This document shows positions 39,487 through 45,036 of a stretch of 45,036 nt of DNA, one piece after another. Numbering within the stretch: position 1 is the stretch's first letter; each line of letters starts with the position of its first letter. A model generated the notes under the pieces. The model saw only the letters and a program-made list of their open reading frames with translations, did not search any database and was not told where the DNA came from. A program made the translations under genes and the position numbers. The stretch comes from Octopus bimaculoides (Eukaryota), in the NCBI RefSeq assembly GCF_001194135.2, contig NC_069004.1, positions 22,290,172 through 22,335,207 of the forward strand. The letters are read 5' to 3'.

Positions 39487-40349
39487 TACACAAGATGATA
39501 TCAAAATGTTCCCAAACTAGTTCTGTAGCACACCAACAGATGGCAGTACATGGATACGTGCACAGTTGGAGCTAGAAGTGACCTTCATGAGGCAGTGTGC
39601 CAAGTGACATTGCTGTGTTTACTTCGCAAGTTGTGAAATTTGTGTTTTTGTGATCATGCCTATGCTGTAGTCTGTGATTTTTGTCATGGACTGGAAGCTG
39701 GAACAAAGAGCCAACAGGAAATTTTGCGTTGAATTTGGGAAGTCTGCTACAGAGACATTGAGCATGCTTCGACAAGCTTATGGCAATGAGGCAATAGGTT
39801 GTATGCAATGTTTCAAGTGACATAGGCACTTCAAAAGTGGAAGAATGTCCCTGGAAGACAATGAACGATCTGAAATACCTGCCGTGAGTGCCACCTCTGG
39901 AAATGTAGAGAAAATTCATCAATTTGTGCATGAGGATGGTTGGAGGATAATCAATAATATTTTGAAGCATTGAGGGAGGACATTCAGTGAAAGTGAGCAA
40001 ATCTGTGGAGTGCGAGGAACTGGATTCTTCAAGATGACAATGGACCCTGTCACCAAGCTCTCCTCATGACTCTCTCACCAAAAACAACATGGTATTGCTT
40101 CCATATCCACCCTATTCACCAGATTTAGCACCTGCAGACTTCCATCTCTTCTCCAAGATAGAAATGCAGCTCAAAGGTCACTGTTTTAGCACTGTTGTCA
40201 AGATCAGGAGTGAATTGCAGAAGGTCGTCGACTTACTGAAAACAATTTCCAAACTGGATTCCAATAATGGCAGGAATGCTGAGACTGGTGTATTGCTGTG
40301 CAAGTTGACTATTTCAAAGCAGTTGATGTTAAAACTTAAGGTAAATAAG

Positions 40350-40350
<1 letters not shown>
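39487..40350 (+). mobile_element. Second mariner transposase relic (different family), internally deleted
   Basis: From the ATG at 39686: MDWKLEQRANRKFCVEFGKSATETLSMLRQAYGNEA...HFKSGRMSLEDNERS; later WILQDDNGPCH...NNMVLLPYPPYSPDLAPADFHLFSKI. The 3' end is lost in (TA)n. Confidence 0.9.
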
Positions 40351-40385
<35 letters not shown>

Positions 40386-40406
<21 letters not shown>

Positions 40407-40805
40407 GGCACAGGCATGGCTGTGTAGCAAGAAGCTTACTTCCCAACCACATGGTCTGGGGTTCAATCCTACTGCGTAGCACTTTGAGCTAGTGTCTTCT
40501 ACTACAGCCTCGAGTCGACCAAAGTCTTGTGAGTGGATTTCGTAGATGGAAACTGAAAGAAGCCCGTTGTATATATATGTATATATGTATGTATATTTGT
40601 GTGTTTGTGTCTGTGTTTGTCCCCACTACCATTGCTTGACAACCAATGTTGGTGTGTTCATGTCTCCATAACCTAGCGGTTTGGCAAAAGAGGCCGATAG
40701 AATAAGTACCAGGCTTACAAAGAATAAGTCCAGGAATGGATTTCTTTGACTAAAAGGTAGTGCTCCAGTATGGTCACAGTCAAAATGACTGAAACAAGTG
40801 AAAGA
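40386..40805 (+). mobile_element. SINE family A, full length
   Basis: ggcacaggcatggctgtgtagcaagaagc head through gactgaaacaagtgaaag end. Confidence 0.85.
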
Positions 40806-41255
40806 ATATATATATATATATATATACATACACACACATATCATTTACTGCAGTTACATCTAGGTTATCTCTTTTAACAGTTAATAAGGCAGTATCATCA
40901 GCACATCTAATGCAGTTGTTCATACTTATTTACTCAACTGGCATGTCTTCTCTTTCTCTTAAGTTCTTTGCAGTGCATCAGGAAAGAGGATGGTACACAA
41001 CTTTGCCTGACTCCATTCTTAATTCTAAACTCTGGGGTTTTCCTTGTACGGTTCCTACTACTGCTGTTTCCTCCCTGTACATTTTTGCTATTATTGGGAA
41101 GTCTTTATTACATATCCCATATTCTAATAGTCAATCATCTTTCAATGTTTTCCTCAGTCAAAAAGCTTGGTATAGTCCATAAGGCATATGTTGGTATAGT
41201 CCATAAGGCATAACTTAATATAGTTCATAAGGCATATGTTGATTTTATGACTTAA

Positions 41256-41388
41256 CCCTTTAGCATTCAAATTTCTCTATCACATAAAATGCATATTAAT
41301 TTACATTGTTTTGAATTAGTCATGCATTATTCTGTAGTTTCAAGATTTCAATGACACGATTGTTTATATTTAGAATAACATTGTAGGG
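41256..41388 (+). mobile_element. piggyBac-like MITE, truncated
   Basis: TTAA|ccctttagcatt and an internal match to the 12508 copy up to tagaataacattgtaggg. Confidence 0.6.
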
Positions 41389-41988
41389 AGCACTTACATA
41401 AAGCAATGTTCCACAACTTTTAGTTAGCCCAGCCCTCACTACGATTACAAGTTGACCTGGCTATCACAGCTCCTTAAATATCCCCTTCTGGTATTCAAGA
41501 ACAAATGAAATTTAATATGAATTTGTTTCTTATAGATTCCTAGTGCCCACTGGAATGAGTGCCCACCAAGCATGCCAGACCTTAGGTTGAAGAAACTCTG
41601 GGAAAGTGATTCTGTCATTGACTTGTGTATAGTATGTTATTTGAATGGGTTTTTTTTTAGCTATGTAACCCCCTCTACAATTGAGCGATATACAACAAGC
41701 ATGCAAGGGAAATTGTAATGTATGCAAAACATTAAATACATTTGTTCAAAGCAGGCACTATGTTTGCGGACACATAGTGATAAATGACTAAATTTAATAC
41801 TCTGTTATCCTCATTGCAAATTGAAAATATAAAAAAACAGTATGCAAATTTAAGATCCCATGAGATATGTGTCTAAATTATCTTAATATTTTGTAATTTA
41901 CAAACAGTTGATCTGGCTATAGAAAATCTACGTCAACAAATCCTTTCTGAGCCATGCAAGCATAGAGAAGTGAATACTGAAATGATGA

Positions 41989-42022
<34 letters not shown>

Positions 42023-42053
42023 GGTGGCTTCAGTGGGCGTAGTGGTGGCGATG

Positions 42054-42133
<80 letters not shown>

Positions 42134-42519
42134 AGTCATTCGAGCGAGATCGTTGCCAGTGCCACTGGACTGGCTCCTGTGCAGGTGGCACGTAAAATAC
42201 ACCATTTTGAGCGTAGCCATTGCCAGTACCGCCTGACTGGTCTTTGTGCCAGTCGTACGTAAAAGCACCCACTACACTCTCGGAGTGGTTGGCGTTAGGA
42301 AGGGCATCCAGCCAAATCAGATTGGAGCCTGGTGTAGCCATCTGGTTCACCAGTCCTCAGTCAAATCGTCCAACCCATGCTAGCATGGAAAGCGGACATT
42401 AAACGATGATGATGATGATGATAATGATGNNNNNNNNNNNNNNNNNNNNNNNNNNNNNNNNNNNNNNNNNNNNNNNNNNNNNNNNNNNNNNNNNNNNNNN
42501 NNNNNNNNNNNNNNNNNNN

Positions 42520-42615
<96 letters not shown>

Positions 42616-42700
42616 GAAATTAACTGCATAAAAGTCATTATGAAGAGTACTCCATCCAATGAGAGTTCAATATTACTAAACGTTTCAACTACATGTACTT

Positions 42701-42750
42701 ATCACACGACTAATAATTTCCCATACATGCGTATGTTCATCAGGCGTCAA
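42701..42750 (-). ncRNA. Hammerhead-like motif (left arm of the 42670-42837 palindrome)
   Basis: gacgc-CTGATGA-a-catac-gcat-gtatg-g-GAA-attattagt-C-gtgt. 5-bp stem II, GUC triplet, 4-bp stem I with a G-U pair. Confidence 0.5.
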
Positions 42751-42756
42751 TCGCAT

Positions 42757-42806
42757 TTGACACCTGATGAACATATGCATGTACGGGAAACTATTAGTAG
42801 CGTAAT
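42757..42806 (+). ncRNA. Hammerhead-like motif (right arm of the 42670-42837 palindrome)
   Basis: gacac-CTGATGA-acatatgcatgtacgg-GAA-actattagt-A-gcgt. Core present and stem III near-palindromic; stems I and II are imperfect in this copy. Confidence 0.5.
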
Positions 42807-42833
42807 AAATACATGTAGTTGAAATGTTTAGTA

Positions 42834-42873
<40 letters not shown>

Positions 42874-42983
42874 ATAATTAGAAAGTAATGTAATAAAACA
42901 TTACGGAGGATATATTAGAAATAATGAAGATTATTTATGAATATATCAATGTCCAAACATGTTATCATAATATACATAGAATC

Positions 42984-43499
42984 AGAACGTTTATAATTAT
43001 GAACAAGTCACAGTTATAACTAAGAGGGTTTCAAAACGCTTACATGTTAGAAATTATTTAATTTTTCCAAATTCATATCCAGTGATTTTGCCATGGCTCA
43101 AACTTACTGGCTTTTTCACATAAACGCTGTGCATGGCATTTGAATTCAAAACTTGAATGTGTAGATAGAGGTTGAAACATTTCTCTTGCCAGTCAGGATT
43201 CATGCTCGCCCCAATGTTAAGTCTTGTTTTGATTTCTCTCTATAGGAATATTTCCCCTGACGACACAAATGACTCCCTTAAGAGGTCCCTAACGTCGAAA
43301 TTTTTATAGGGAATTAACTAGTTACTTTTAAGTTGTGGATTCTATTTGTCATGTTGCCTGCAGACAGTTTTTATTGTGAAGAGAAATAATATGAGTACTA
43401 AAACGGCTTTATAGCAGTTTTGGTTGCTATTTTTAACATGTAAGCGTTTTGAAACTCTCTTAGTTATAATTGTGACTTGTTCATAGCTATAAACGTTCT
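42984..43499. mobile_element. Non-coding element bounded by 66-bp inverted repeats
   Basis: 42984-43049 and 43434-43499 are reverse complements with 4 mismatches (agaacgtttata...caaaacgcttacatgtta). Confidence 0.65.
43252..43313 (+). ncRNA. Hammerhead-like motif inside a 66-bp inverted-repeat element
   Basis: ttccc-CTGACGA-(33 nt, weak stem II)-GAAA-tttttat-A-gggaa. Stem I is a perfect 5 bp and the triplet is AUA; stem II is degenerate. Confidence 0.4.
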
Positions 43500-43625
43500 T
43501 CTTCTTCTACATGTATATATATATATATATATATAAATTTCTTACTTCCTGAGAGTAGAGATTTGACTTAGTTTAAATATGTAAATTTGTACCTCTACTC
43601 CATGATATAGATGTAAAAACATATC

Positions 43626-44308
43626 NNNNNNNNNNNNNNNNNNNNNNNNNNNNNNNNNNNNNNNNNNNNNNNNNNNNNNNNNNNNNNNNNNNNNNNNNNN
43701 NNNNNNNNNNNNNNNNNNNNNNNNNNNNNNNNNNNNNNNNNNNNNNNNNNNNNNNNNNNNNNNNNNNNNNNNNNNNNNNNNNNNNNNNNNNNNNNNNNNN
43801 NNNNNNNNNNNNNNNNNNNNNNNNNNNNNNNNNNNNNNNNNNNNNNNNNNNNNNNNNNNNNNNNNNNNNNNNNNNNNNNNNNNNNNNNNNNNNNNNNNNN
43901 NNNNNNNNNNNNNNNNNNNNNNNNNNNNNNNNNNNNNNNNNNNNNNNNNNNNNNNNNNNNNNNNNNNNNNNNNNNNNNNNNNNNNNNNNNNNNNNNNNNN
44001 NNNNNNNNNNNNNNNNNNNNNNNNNNNNNNNNNNNNNNNNNNNNNNNNNNNNNNNNNNNNNNNNNNNNNNNNNNNNNNNNNNNNNNNNNNNNNNNNNNNN
44101 NNNNNNNNNNNNNNNNNNNNNNNNNNNNNNNNNNNNNNNNNNNNNNNNNNNNNNNNNNNNNNNNNNNNNNNNNNNNNNNNNNNNNNNNNNNNNNNNNNNN
44201 NNNNNNNNNNNNNNNNNNNNNNNNNNNNNNNNNNNNNNNNNNNNNNNNNNNNNNNNNNNNNNNNNNNNNNNNNNNNNNNNNNNNNNNNNNNNNNNNNNNN
44301 NNNNNNNN
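43626..44308. other. Assembly gap (others at 11703-11835, 16641-16650, 27690-27858, 42430-42519)
   Basis: N runs, mostly flanked by microsatellites or tandem repeats. Confidence 1.
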
Positions 44309-44360
<52 letters not shown>

Positions 44361-44407
44361 TACAAACACATATGTATATATATATACATATATATATATT
44401 TCCATAT

Positions 44408-44972
44408 GTATGATAATTGCTTCATCTTGATAGATGATAGCTATCCCATCACACCACACCTCACCAACAGTAAAACCCTGTCATTGATGAGCCCTCAGAT
44501 GACTTTTAAGACTAGCTGTTGACTGACACGGTTTAAAACACAAGTGACAGGTATTTTTGAGTTTCTTCTACATCTTTGCCCTTTGGAATCTGATTCTGAA
44601 GGAATGTTTTTGTGAACTAGCATATGTCTTTTAAATCCAGTTTTGTGACATATGACACATGTCATAAGAGGACATGCTATTAGAATGAAAGATGAGCAAT
44701 TGCCACAGCATCTTTTTTATGGTCAGCTCAACTCTTGTAAGCAACCACTACATAAGCTGAGGAAAAGGTATAAAGACTGTGTGAAGGAAAACTTGAAGAA
44801 ACTAGATATGAACAAAAGTGATTGGGAAATTGATGTTCTTGATTGGAACAAATGGGGAGATGGTGTTAGGATGAGTTGCAATGCCTAGGAGGAAAGGGTA
44901 ATTCAGCACTATCAGTTTAAAAGGGCCTGTCACAAAGGAAGAATTGGAACTGAAATCAACAATGAACATCTC
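44408..44972. mobile_element. RTE-type LINE 3' end with internal inversion
   Basis: Plus-strand 44661-44972: RGHAIRMKDEQLPQHLFYGQL...RKRYKDCVKENLKKL...KRACHKG. Minus-strand 44660-44481: CVICHKTGFKRHMLVH...CHLCFKPCQSTASLKSHLRAHQ* (C2H2 fingers) plus 3' UTR. Confidence 0.78.
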
Positions 44973-44990
44973 TATATATATATCCACACA

Positions 44991-45036
<46 letters not shown>

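Noticed and set aside
43542-44459. Long ORFs of 260-305 aa
   Set aside because: Composed of N-gap X residues.

Overview
Repeat-rich animal genomic DNA, most likely octopus (inferred from recognisable cephalopod-type SINE families and very dense TA/CA/GA microsatellites), from a gapped short-read scaffold. One host protein-coding exon is well supported: the first coding exon of the presynaptic active-zone scaffold ERC/ELKS/CAST (Bruchpilot family), on the minus strand at 30762-29773, with a candidate 93-nt intron in its 5' UTR. No further ERC exon was recognised, so positions 1-29772 are probably one very long intron. The rest is three SINE families, piggyBac- and hAT-like MITEs, two mariner relics, RTE and CR1/L2-type LINE relics and a Penelope-like element (PLE) relic. 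The most interesting signals are: (i) several minimal hammerhead-ribozyme motifs at 35.7-43.3 kb, two of them arranged as head-to-head palindromes with ~81-bp arms; (ii) an RTE LINE with a twin-priming-type inversion; (iii) a candidate spliced antisense transcript nested in the ERC intron; (iv) an insert carrying three evenly built ACTCRGGCT-N10-AGCCYGAGT sites. All analysis was done by eye. TE boundaries are approximate and no database search was run.
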